Shown piece after piece: positions 50,339 through 59,337 of a stretch of 64,000 nucleotides of DNA. The first letter of the stretch is position 1. Every line of letters starts with the position of its first letter. The notes beneath the pieces were generated by a model. The model was not told where the DNA came from. It did not search any database and saw nothing but the letters and a program-made list of their open reading frames with translations. Position numbers and translations under genes: made by a program. The DNA comes from an uncultured Chthonomonadaceae bacterium. GTDB taxonomy: Bacteria > Armatimonadota > Chthonomonadetes > Chthonomonadales > Chthonomonadaceae. Where the stretch lies: the NCBI GenBank assembly GCA_963835065.1, contig CAWIEK010000045.1, positions 64,001-128,000 of the forward strand. The letters are read 5' to 3'.

Positions 50339-50706
50339 AAGGCTACGTTTCTGACCTCCGCGCTCTTCTGCCTGTTACCTTTAGATTGGCAGGCCAACCT
50401 GATATTGCCATTGCGTGTGTTGTAGATACCGGATTCAACGGCTTTCTCACCCTGCCTTATGCGGCAATAACAGCTTTGAACCTCACGTTTATCGAAGAAA
50501 TCTCTGCGAACCTTGCGTCCGACAGTGACGTAAAAGTTGACGTTTACAAGGCAACCATTATTTGGAAAGGCATGGAACGTGATGTGCGCGTACTCGCAAT
50601 GGGCAAACGTCCATTGCTTGGTACAGCATTGTTAGCGGATTGTCAACTTTTGACGCAGTTCGTAGAAGGCGGTCTTGTCTCTGTGGAAGACTTGCTTGCG
50701 CCGTGA
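50335..50706 (+). CDS. clan AA (retropepsin-like) aspartic protease
   Basis: VVDTGFNGFLTLP and PLLGTALL; ATGA overlap. Confidence 0.85.
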   Translation: MKGYVSDLRALLPVTFRLAGQPDIAIACVVDTGFNGFLTLPYAAITALNLTFIEEISANLASDSDVKVDVYKATIIWKGMERDVRVLAMGKRPLLGTALLADCQLLTQFVEGGLVSVEDLLAP

Positions 50707-50728
50707 TTGAATAAATGCCTGATTGCTG

Positions 50729-50765
50729 CAACGTCCGGCCTGAATGTTCAGGCCGGACGTTTTTT
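50729..50765. terminator. intrinsic terminator between convergent genes
   Basis: aacgtccggcctgaa-tg-ttcaggccggacgtt + T-tract. Confidence 0.85.
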
Positions 50766-50783
50766 GTTTCCAATTCAGGCGGA

Positions 50784-51605
50784 TCATACAGGCGCGGAAG
50801 TTTCGTCTTCCTCTTCTACCAACCATGCGCCGTGTTCATCGGTTGGAGCATCGCCGGGGAAGGTTGTTTCCCACGGACGGCGAGGGCGGCGCGGATGGCG
50901 TGGCTTCCCGTGTCTGGGCGGACGCACAATCACAATGGGCGGGCTTCCATGATAATGGTTGCGCTTGCGCTCAATTTCCTCTTCCAGCAACGCATCTGCC
51001 AGCGCTTTGCCGACTGCATAGGCAACGGGGTCACTGGCTGTAATCTGGGCAATACGCTGTTCTCGCTCCATGCGCTCCGTCGCGCTTAATACTTTGTCCA
51101 GCGCCTTGCCGTTGTGCAGCAGCGAAATCAGAATTGCGAGTTCCGGGTCTACACTGCCGTCACCCGAAATAGCCGCATGGACTTGCTTGTGCAGTTTTTC
51201 CACGTATGCGGGTTCCAGGACGGGATAGGTCGTCCAGCGCACCACCCACAGAGCGCGATGGTCGCTTGCCGTTAAAATGCCGCGCTCCGTAAGTCGCTCC
51301 CCCAACACGCGCAAAGGTTCCGACTGGCTGTTGTACAAATGGCTTATCCACCAGGAAAGCGGCTTGCTGCGCGAGGTGGTTCCAAAGCGGACAAACACGT
51401 CGTCAATTGCGCGGTCGCCAAGCGGCTGCGTTTGCCGCACTTTAACGCGGTTGAGTTCCACTTCCAGCCGTTTCTGTCGCAGCAATTCGGCAAGCGCCGC
51501 GCCACTAAGCAAGTAACGGAAATGGGGCTGATGCACGTCGCCCGTCCGCGGATGAACGCACAACAGCAGCAGTTGTTCCTGAAGCGTCAATTTGGTTTCC
51601 GACAT
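50784..51605 (-). CDS. GPP34/GOLPH3-family protein
   Basis: LTLQEQLLLL, LSGAALAEL, LTERGIL, TYPV pattern; AGGAGA SD. Confidence 0.78.
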   Translation of the reverse strand: MSETKLTLQEQLLLLCVHPRTGDVHQPHFRYLLSGAALAELLRQKRLEVELNRVKVRQTQPLGDRAIDDVFVRFGTTSRSKPLSWWISHLYNSQSEPLRVLGERLTERGILTASDHRALWVVRWTTYPVLEPAYVEKLHKQVHAAISGDGSVDPELAILISLLHNGKALDKVLSATERMEREQRIAQITASDPVAYAVGKALADALLEEEIERKRNHYHGSPPIVIVRPPRHGKPRHPRRPRRPWETTFPGDAPTDEHGAWLVEEEDETSAPV

Positions 51606-51619
51606 TGCAATCTCCTGAG

Positions 51620-51724
51620 TAGGCATTAGGCATTAGGCATTAGGCATTAGTGGAGGCTTCCATACACGTTCATCGCGCAAAAGGGAATAGGGAGTGTTTC
51701 TAATGCCTAATGCCTAATGCCTAC
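51620..51724. repeat. inverted pair of heptamer arrays (TAGGCAT)x4 / (ATGCCTA)x3
   Basis: 51620-51650 and 51700-51724. Confidence 0.92.
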
Positions 51725-51727
51725 TAT

Positions 51728-52840
51728 CTACAAGCGCGGCGTTCGGGACAGCCAGCGCACTTCGCCGCGCATACGGGCGGTGAGCCAGTTGGGGTCTGCG
51801 CCGAAGCCGGTCAGCAGGGCGGCTCCCAAGCCAGCGAGGGCAAGCGCGAATTCCAGCAGCAGGCCGACGATGCCCAAACCCTGATTGATTTTGCCCAACA
51901 CGACGTTTGCCACAAAGAACGCGCCCAGGCCTAATCCAATCTGTATTCCCATACCGAGGCTGCCGCCGCGTCCGAGTCGTCGCGCCATACGTTGCCCGAT
52001 ACTGCGCATCCCGCATATCCAGCCGAACGCCATTGCGCCCAAACATAAGCCCGCAAAGCCCGCCGCAAAAGGCAGCCAGATAAAGTGAAACGGCGAGCGC
52101 AGCAGGCCGGAATTGAACCAGAGGGCAATCAGCATTGCGCCTGCGCCCAACACGCCGACAACAAGGCAGCGTCCGGGTTCCCGCGTCAAATTTTCCCCTG
52201 TGCGCTCCGTAGCGTGGGGCGCGACAATCAAGGCCAGCAGTCCTGCCAGACCGCCGAGCAGCATCAAAGCGAATTGCCCGCCCGCCCAATCGTCTTTAGG
52301 CTTGCTATGCGGCGCGGGGGAAACATGGAGTTGGACTGTTGGCGTTCGCGTTGGCGCGGTTACGGGTGGCACAGCAGGTTCGCTGACGACGGAATAGGTT
52401 TCCACATCGGACAACAAATCTACGCTTTGCTGCGTGTAGCGAACCCGTCCCTGATTTTCATCTATCACGTCACCGCCGATAGCGGTCAACACATTGCCCA
52501 CGCTTGCGCCCGGTTTGATGATGACATGGCAGTTGAGAGTCAGAACGTCACTAGTCACATGCCCAGACAAAATCAGCGTTTTATCGCGTACTACCAGGTA
52601 AGGCAGGGTTTGGTCGGCAGCCAGTTCATAGGGCCGTCTCCAGCCTTTTTCATGGCGCGCGTTGGGATCAACCGGCACGGGACGCAATTTCTGTTCCGTC
52701 GGATGGGCGTTGGGATGCCATGCCTGCTCCACCGGGGGCGGCGAAGCCTGTTGGTTGTCCGCCTGCTGCGCGCCCGCCGAATAAAGATTGGCGGTCAGCA
52801 GAGAAACCAGCGCCATCAGAGCCGTAATCAGTCGGTGCAT
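51728..52840 (-). CDS. membrane protein with bactofilin-like exported segment and C-terminal TM bundle
   Basis: Signal peptide, GHV..DV / GNV..IGGDV repeats, ~5 TMs. Confidence 0.65.
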   Translation of the reverse strand: MHRLITALMALVSLLTANLYSAGAQQADNQQASPPPVEQAWHPNAHPTEQKLRPVPVDPNARHEKGWRRPYELAADQTLPYLVVRDKTLILSGHVTSDVLTLNCHVIIKPGASVGNVLTAIGGDVIDENQGRVRYTQQSVDLLSDVETYSVVSEPAVPPVTAPTRTPTVQLHVSPAPHSKPKDDWAGGQFALMLLGGLAGLLALIVAPHATERTGENLTREPGRCLVVGVLGAGAMLIALWFNSGLLRSPFHFIWLPFAAGFAGLCLGAMAFGWICGMRSIGQRMARRLGRGGSLGMGIQIGLGLGAFFVANVVLGKINQGLGIVGLLLEFALALAGLGAALLTGFGADPNWLTARMRGEVRWLSRTPRL

Positions 52841-52859
52841 CCGTATCCTTTCGTTTGTG

Positions 52860-52980
52860 GCTGGTGGTAAGTGACTGGTGATCGGTGGTTGGTGTCTGGT
52901 TGTAAAGCGTGTTGCAAACATTTTACAGCCAACGTACAAAGCCATTTTTACCAGTCACCAACCACCGATCACCAGATCAC
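52860..52980. repeat. degenerate inverted heptamer arrays
   Basis: tggtgatcggtggttggtg at ~52877 vs caccaaccaccgatcacca at ~52957. Confidence 0.75.
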
Positions 52981-53850
52981 TTACAACTGCATTTGCGCAT
53001 TGCGCCGGCGCGCGCTCAGATACATATAGGCGAACGCGCAAATGGCAACGTCCATGCCAAAACCTACAGCGGCGGCGGTTCCCATCGCATGATACGTGCT
53101 GTTGAGCATCGTATTCACTTGCGCCAATGCGGAAAAAATCAGGCCGAATATCCACGTCACAACCGGGACGCTGCGCAAAACGTCCGCCGCCTGGCCGAGC
53201 CACGCGCTTGCGGTGGTGACGTTCGCGCCGAGCATTTGCCGCCCCCAGGCGGTAGACAGGAAGTAGGCGAGAATACCCGACAGCGCACTCCCCGCCGACA
53301 TGCGCTGCACAAGTTGTGAGCGCGATTGCTGCGTTTGTGTCGTGGACAGGGTTTGCTGCGCAGTCTGCGTGAGCGTTTTTTGCTCCGTTGCCTGTGCCGG
53401 CGTGACTTTCGTTCTGGCCGTTGTGACAGCCTGCGCAAGCGCGTAATTTTCGGCAATCGGCTGCGGCGTCAGCGTGTGCGGCACAAGAGGCGCGTTCTGC
53501 AGTTCGATGCGCTGCATGATCAGGCCGGAAAAGTCGCGCGGCAGTTCGACGGGCGGCAGGCTTTCGACCAGCCCGACGACGTTCTGCATATCTTCCCATT
53601 CCTGCGCGCAATGGCGACACAGGGCCAGATGGCCGTGAATGCCCGCCGCTTGTTCCGGGCGAACGCTGCCGTCGTTATCCAGCAGATAGGACAACTGTTC
53701 GCAGACCCAGGCGCACAGGGCGTCCTGGGACACTTTTTGCTGTTGCTGCTGCTGGTTCGTTTCCGGCGCATTCAGGGGTGAGTTGTTCGGAGGCAGGTAT
53801 TTCTTCCACGTGTGTTCCTCCGGCTCATTATGTTCAAATCTATTTTCCAT
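52981..53850 (-). CDS. zinc-binding (zf-HC2) anti-sigma factor, RsiW-like
   Basis: C...LS.LLD...HLALCRHC motif, C-terminal TMs, overlaps the sigma gene. Confidence 0.85.
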   Translation of the reverse strand: MENRFEHNEPEEHTWKKYLPPNNSPLNAPETNQQQQQQKVSQDALCAWVCEQLSYLLDNDGSVRPEQAAGIHGHLALCRHCAQEWEDMQNVVGLVESLPPVELPRDFSGLIMQRIELQNAPLVPHTLTPQPIAENYALAQAVTTARTKVTPAQATEQKTLTQTAQQTLSTTQTQQSRSQLVQRMSAGSALSGILAYFLSTAWGRQMLGANVTTASAWLGQAADVLRSVPVVTWIFGLIFSALAQVNTMLNSTYHAMGTAAAVGFGMDVAICAFAYMYLSARRRNAQMQL

Positions 53851-54463
53851 CCGTTTCCACTTCCAAAACCGGGCGCAGGCGCTCCCGCAGCATTTCCCGC
53901 GCCCGAAATAGATGGGTTTTCACCGTACCCGTCGGCATATTCAGCGCCTGGGCAATTTCTTCTACGCTCATATCCTGCAAATGGCGCATGGTCACGACAA
54001 GCCGATAGCGTTCCGGCAAGTTTTTAATGGCGCGCTGCACCACGTCTTTAACGGAATCGCGCATTGCCGCTTCTTCGGGACCGCAGGAGCGGGCATCGGC
54101 GGCGGGTTCGCGGCCTTCCGCCAGTTCCACGTCGAGGGACAACGCGCCCTTGGCTTTGCGCGAGCGTAAATGGTCAATGCACAGGTTGGAGGCGATCTTA
54201 TACAGCCAGGTTAGAAAACTGGCGTCCTGACGGAACGTGCCAAGCGCGTTGTAAGCGCGCAAAAACGTTTCCTGCACCAGGTCACCGGCGTCTTCCGCAT
54301 TGCCTAACATGCGGTACGCCAGGTTGTAGACCTGTCGCTGGTAGCGCTGCACGAGATTGTTATATGCCTGTGTATTCCCGCCTAACGTGTGCTTGACGAG
54401 TTCGGCATCCGTTTGTTCCACCAGCGTGATCGTCCTCGTTTCCCCCTTTACGAGCGCTTTCAT
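53840..54463 (-). CDS. ECF sigma factor, SigW-like (start ATG 54463 or GTG 54421)
   Basis: DAGDLVQETFLRAY, F.TWLYKIASNLCIDHLR, P.GTVKTHLFRAR. Confidence 0.9.
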   Translation of the reverse strand: MKALVKGETRTITLVEQTDAELVKHTLGGNTQAYNNLVQRYQRQVYNLAYRMLGNAEDAGDLVQETFLRAYNALGTFRQDASFLTWLYKIASNLCIDHLRSRKAKGALSLDVELAEGREPAADARSCGPEEAAMRDSVKDVVQRAIKNLPERYRLVVTMRHLQDMSVEEIAQALNMPTGTVKTHLFRAREMLRERLRPVLEVETDGK

Positions 54464-54469
54464 GCCGAC

Positions 54470-54495
54470 TACGTACACAGGAGAAGATGGGTTTC
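54470..54495 (-). promoter_or_regulatory. putative autoregulatory ECF promoter GAAACC-N16-CGTA
   Basis: Resembles the Bacillus SigW consensus TGAAAC-N16-CGTA; 6 nt upstream of ATG 54463. Confidence 0.6.
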
Positions 54496-54846
54496 GTAAA
54501 TTTTGTTCTTTATTGTCCACCGAACGCTGCCTTTTTCTGCGTTACCGCAGAAGCGCATGGCCTTGCCATGTCCACGAAGCCTGAAGGAACGCGAAGAAGC
54601 GGCGGGAAAGAACGGCGTTGTCGCTTTCCACCGCGCTTCTATGGCATTAGACGCGCCACTCCCCGCTATGCTACCATGCGCCGACAACATTTTCTTTTTG
54701 TGCCGTCTATCTCCAATGCTGCTAACGTAACGCCCCTGCTGCCGCGCCGACGGATCGCTATAATGACGCATACCGGCGACAATCGCGCCAATTGAATTGC
54801 GGGTGATCTAACCCTGATAATTTCGGACAGGGTGAAATCAGCCTCA

Positions 54847-55449
54847 TTATGAGGCGCGGTAAGTTCGCTCGATCAGCGCGTCCACATCCCGTACATCGGC
54901 AATGTTGTCGAACCCCACAGTTACGGTTGTCGTGCCGCCCTGACCGGTAGAGCGCGTAGTCGTGAGATGGGTAAAGACAAGTGAACCGGAACCATCCGGG
55001 TTTTGCGCGCGCGTCCGGTCGGTCAGATGCTCCGGCGGGATGCTGCGCACCGAGATGCCATTGCGCCAGGTGGGAGACAAAATGAGGGCGCGTTTGTCGG
55101 TGATGGCATAAACGATCTTCTGCGCCCTGCGCCGCATCCAGTAGGGCGAGGAAAGCATGCCCACTCCTATAAGGACGAATGGCAAGCCGAACAGAGGAAA
55201 AAACAGCGGGAACAAGTTGATCGGAAACGGCTCCGGGTGTGACGGGGCATGGCGCGTAATTCCAAACGCCATGACAACCCAAAACACGCTGAACGCTGTC
55301 CAGGGAATGCCAAACAGGACGAGGGGAAGGCTTCCCTGACCGGCGCGATTGGCAATCGGCTGTCCGGTCCACAGCAGTTTTTCACCGCTGTTCAATTCAG
55401 AGCGCAGCATTGCTTCCGTTTCTAATGGCAGGGGGGCGGATGGCATCAT
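54847..55449 (-). CDS. two-TM protein with bacterial PH-like domain
   Basis: GEKLLWTGQP, YAITDKRALI, GSGSL.F, GFDNI.DV. Confidence 0.8.
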   Translation of the reverse strand: MMPSAPLPLETEAMLRSELNSGEKLLWTGQPIANRAGQGSLPLVLFGIPWTAFSVFWVVMAFGITRHAPSHPEPFPINLFPLFFPLFGLPFVLIGVGMLSSPYWMRRRAQKIVYAITDKRALILSPTWRNGISVRSIPPEHLTDRTRAQNPDGSGSLVFTHLTTTRSTGQGGTTTVTVGFDNIADVRDVDALIERTYRAS

Positions 55450-55666
55450 GGGACTTTCTCCTCTCAGCAATTTTCTTGATCCTTTTATTCCAGTTTTCTC
55501 TTGCTTTTTCCTGCTATACTTGCAATAACAAGCATAGAAAGGAGAGGGATTATGCTGATTGCGTTCTGCGCCTGCTTGATCCATTTACTGATGCCGCCAA
55601 CATACGGATTTATTTTGCGGCAAGTGGCGCAAGCAAAGGATGAAGGATGAAGGATGAGGGATGAAG

Positions 55667-55933
55667 AAAAAAGAGTATGTAGAGTCATCGTCGAAATCTT
55701 GGCAATACAGCGCTTCCAGCCCGATGTCTCGTTGTGTCAGGTTGTAGGAGAGAGGCATCGTGACCTCGTAAGCGTCAGGGCGAACGGGAGAGGTGAAACA
55801 TAGGCTCTGCACCTCCCTTCTTGTATGGGTTGTACTTATCTTTATAGTAGACGTTTGTACTATTTGGACAGGCTGAACGGGTAAAAGGTTCACCTTTTTT
55901 CGCGTGGTTTGGCTCTTTTTTCTGTCTTTTTTA
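55667..55933 (-). ncRNA. three-copy conserved intergenic unit, candidate ncRNA, copy 3
   Basis: Same core; TGAACC-N16-TGTC; GGGAGG + MFHLSRSP* (55775-55801); T-tract. Confidence 0.5.
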
Positions 55934-56069
55934 TCACTCTCCTTAAGAACGTGCTTGGCCCTCCATTCCTCGGAGTGGGTTTGAGCAGAGCAACAAAGGT
56001 ATAAATGCCCCGGAAATGTATTTTGTCTCTGGCAGCAGGATTTTGGCCGGCGGCGGCGAATGGAAAGAT

Positions 56070-56855
56070 ATGAAACATCGTCGGCTACTAATTCTCTCGT
56101 TGCTGGTTGTCGCGCTGCTGGTGGGCGGCTGTGGGCTGTGGGTGTGGCAGGCAAAACGGCAGTACGCGCTTAATCGGGAGTTGATTGCGGCCTTGCTGCA
56201 CGGCGATAGCAAACAGTCTCTTGTTCTTGTGGAACAGGGAGCCGACCCCAACACACGTGAGGAACCAACGCCCGCACCTTCGTTCAAACTGTTGCTTGAC
56301 CAGTTCCTAAATCCTTCACCGCCTGTCAACAACAGCCCTACCGCGCTAATGTTTGCCTGTGGCGTAATCCCTGACTTAACGAAGGAAAGGTCATTCCCTC
56401 TGGTTCCTCTGGCTGAAAACTTGCTCTTGATTCAGGCGATGTTGACACACGGCGCGAACGTTCATGCCAGATATGGTGAGATGACGGCGCTTCAGGATGC
56501 TGCCGACGCGGGACGATGGCATACGGTAGAGTTGCTCTTACAACACGGCGCAGATGCCACCTGTCAAGGTGAATTGGGGACAACCCCGTTGCGGACGGCT
56601 ATATCGAAGGACAGTATAAGCGCCGTGCGTCTCCTGCTGGCACATGGCGCAAACCCGAATGTGCAGGATGGAGAAGGAAAAGCAGCCCTGCATTACACTC
56701 TGTTCATGTTCATGCCAAATGCTAAAAACGTGATTGTTGAACTGATGGGGTACGGGGCTGACCCGAACCTTGCGGACAAGAACGGCGTCACCCCGCTCCA
56801 ATATGCGCAAGCACGACCAGACGTTGTGGCGCTGCTGCAAAATGGCGCAAAGTAG
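56070..56855 (+). CDS. membrane-anchored ankyrin-repeat protein
   Basis: N-terminal TM; GADPN, TALMFA, GTTPL, GVTPL repeats. Confidence 0.88.
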   Translation: MKHRRLLILSLLVVALLVGGCGLWVWQAKRQYALNRELIAALLHGDSKQSLVLVEQGADPNTREEPTPAPSFKLLLDQFLNPSPPVNNSPTALMFACGVIPDLTKERSFPLVPLAENLLLIQAMLTHGANVHARYGEMTALQDAADAGRWHTVELLLQHGADATCQGELGTTPLRTAISKDSISAVRLLLAHGANPNVQDGEGKAALHYTLFMFMPNAKNVIVELMGYGADPNLADKNGVTPLQYAQARPDVVALLQNGAK

Positions 56856-56883
56856 CACAAGGGCAGAGGCTGGAGGCGCAGGG

Positions 56884-57315
56884 ATGGAGACGAAACCGGG
56901 CAAGCGGATTGTAAGCAAGAGGGCGTATGTGAAGGCGCAGGGGCAGAAAGTAGGAGCCTCTACATTCGGGTTGCTGTTGCTTTTCGTTGGGTTCATAGGC
57001 TTGCTGACGATAGGGATTGTGTTGCCTTCAACGACCAGCGTTTTAGCCGGTCTACTGGTTTTCGGGGGTGTTGGTGGCGCATCGCTGTATCTGGGCTATT
57101 TAGGCGGGCGAACTATGAAAGAGGCTAGGCAGATAGACCCAGGCGTTCCCCTTACTCGTGCCAACACTGCCGACCTACCAGCCCCCGACAGTCTGGTACG
57201 CGCTTCTTCGGAGCCAATGCAGGCACAAGAGACTGTGTTACTCAGAGCGGCAGAAGCAGGGCAGGAGAGGCACAAGGAGCAGTTGTTAAGGGCAGTGACA
57301 GGAAATGATGATTAG
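56884..57315 (+). CDS. two-TM hypothetical protein with C-terminal LVRA/LLRA x3 motif
   Basis: GGAGG SD; ADLPAPDSLVRASSEPMQAQETVLLRAA..EQLLRA. Confidence 0.78.
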   Translation: METKPGKRIVSKRAYVKAQGQKVGASTFGLLLLFVGFIGLLTIGIVLPSTTSVLAGLLVFGGVGGASLYLGYLGGRTMKEARQIDPGVPLTRANTADLPAPDSLVRASSEPMQAQETVLLRAAEAGQERHKEQLLRAVTGNDD

Positions 57316-57327
57316 GAGGTTTCGGGA

Positions 57328-57810
57328 ATGAAGCAGAAGCCGGGCGAGTTGAGGGTGAGTAAAATACCGAGTCGCAACCCCACGACACCAGTACATCGAG
57401 AGACACAGAAAATGGGCACGGCGCTCTCTGCTGCTGTTCGCCAGTGGGTGGGAGTGGTAAGCATCTGCCTCTGTCTATGGGCTTGTATGTCTCCGTTATT
57501 CTATGAGCAATTCTATCGCACGGCGGCAGGAAAAGGCAATTTCATCAATTGGCTGTTTTGGCTCGCCTGCATCCTCGGTTTCCTGCTGTTATTTTCGGTA
57601 TCCGCAACCCGTCAGGTTATTGTAGAAACGCGAAAGCAGTATTTCCCTCCCACTAATACCAACAACGCCGACCTGCCCGCGCATCAAACTCTGGTACGCG
57701 CTTCTTCGGAGCCGTTGCAGGCACAGGAGGCCGTGTTACTGAGAGCCGCTGCAGAGGGGATTGAGACGCCGCCAGAGGAATTGATGCGGGCGTCTGTGGG
57801 GCAGGAGTGA
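57328..57810 (+). CDS. two-TM hypothetical protein with C-terminal LVRA/LLRA x3 motif
   Basis: AGGAGG SD; ADLPAHQTLVRASSEPLQAQEAVLLRAA..EELMRA. Confidence 0.78.
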   Translation: MKQKPGELRVSKIPSRNPTTPVHRETQKMGTALSAAVRQWVGVVSICLCLWACMSPLFYEQFYRTAAGKGNFINWLFWLACILGFLLLFSVSATRQVIVETRKQYFPPTNTNNADLPAHQTLVRASSEPLQAQEAVLLRAAAEGIETPPEELMRASVGQE

Positions 57811-58358
57811 GGGCGCAAATGGAAGACTGGCTGTCGCGCTTCTGGTATCGGTTCAAGAACTGGTTTCGCACAAAGCCGGGGGCGGAAGAGCCGCTGCGGT
57901 TTCTGTGCGGGTCGGAGGAGGAACTGCGGCGGGTGACGATGTGGATATGCCATGTTCGTCCTCACCTTTTCGATGCTGGAAAAAAGATTACGGTTGATTA
58001 CTGGTCGCCCTCCCCGGAAAAAGCAGGGGGCGGGGCTATAGAAGGGTTTTGGGACGATGACTGGTATTTACACATTGATGTGGTACCCACCTCTGAATAT
58101 GAATTCAGTTGGCAATGGTGTTCTTTGGTGTTTAAGCACAATGCGTTTGCGGGTTTCTGCAGGCTCGCTGCCCATCCGTACTTTTTTTCGCGCAGGCATG
58201 TTGTAGAAATACAGATTAATCTCAAGGTTATAGTGCATCCTCCTTCCGCCCACGAACGCGCCGAAGCCCTGCTTGCCCTTTCCGAATGGCTCGACGGCAA
58301 AGTGAGCGAGGAGGAAAAGCGTGAATTGCTGCAACTGCCCGATGATATGGAAGTATGA
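57807..58358 (+). CDS. hypothetical protein
   Basis: 183 aa ORF overlapping the upstream stop (GTGA). Confidence 0.55.
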   Translation: MRAQMEDWLSRFWYRFKNWFRTKPGAEEPLRFLCGSEEELRRVTMWICHVRPHLFDAGKKITVDYWSPSPEKAGGGAIEGFWDDDWYLHIDVVPTSEYEFSWQWCSLVFKHNAFAGFCRLAAHPYFFSRRHVVEIQINLKVIVHPPSAHERAEALLALSEWLDGKVSEEEKRELLQLPDDMEV

Positions 58359-58606
58359 AGTTTACATGCCGACTCTGATGTACGCGCTGATTTAGCCCAC
58401 ACGATCCGCGCCGCCTCAACGACAAAGGGGAACAAGGCTAAACACCTTGTTCCCCTTCCTCTGCCGTGTTGGTATTGGCACAGGAGTTTTAGGGTACACT
58501 CTCGAAATGCCGCTGTATTCACCGCGCGACTTTTAAGCCTCACCATGAAAGTTGTCACTCTGGCAAGCAGCCACTTGCCGCAAATCTATTAACCTGCGGA
58601 GTAAAC

Positions 58607-59310
58607 GTGTTACCTGCTCCTCTCCTATGGAAGCCAACATCGTTTCAGGAATTCATTGAAAATTTTGGAACGAGTACCGGCGCGGCACACGTTACAACGG
58701 ATGCTGGCCCGGCCTACTTGAAAGCAATGGGCAATCCAATAGGGCCTCATACCCTTGCTTCAGAATGGGTAGGAACACAGCTTGCTCGCCTGTTCAAGTT
58801 GCAAACATTTGATGCAGCCCTGCTCGTTATTGATTCGACAACCGATGAAATACCCTTTCCAAAAGGCGGATTCGCGCAGTCAGGGCCAGCCTTCTGCACA
58901 CGAGCCGAGGCAGGGCGGCCTTGGAGTGGTTCGACGCAAGACTTGGATAAACTCGACAACTTACAGGATGTTACCCGGTTTCCTGAATTCAAGAGGTTTC
59001 TGCGGCGAGATGTGCTGCTCATCTGTCTAAGAACCTATCCCAGTAGGCCGGGTATTGAAAATACCCGGCAGGAAAGTGCAAGCGTCTTTCAGACGCGAAT
59101 TCGCGCCTATCGGGATAGGCTCTAAGTGACTTACGGAATGTAAAGATCGAACACATCAAGCCGATTGTTGCGTCTATTCCTCAGCAGTGGGAAGTTGATA
59201 GGGATGTAAGAGAAGCGCTCGTTGAATTCATAGTTGGCAGAGCGCGCTACCTTGCCGATAATATGCTGAACATTACCGAACGCGACTACGGAACCTTGTT
59301 TCAACTTTAA
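58607..59310 (+). pseudogene. HipA-like kinase interrupted by a MITE and apparently lacking its catalytic core
   Basis: AYLKAMGNP.GPH.LASEWVG..LA N-lobe; removing MITE plus one TAA restores the frame to SDLRNVK..IPQQW..RARYL..LFQL*; no N.DR or IDH motifs present. Confidence 0.8.
59031..59122. mobile_element. 92 bp MITE with TAA target duplication
   Basis: TAA-GAACCTATCCC...GGGATAGGCTC-TAA; near-identical to 36807-36897. Confidence 0.92.
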
Positions 59311-59337
59311 TCGCGTAGTGAAGAAAGGAGAAAACCC

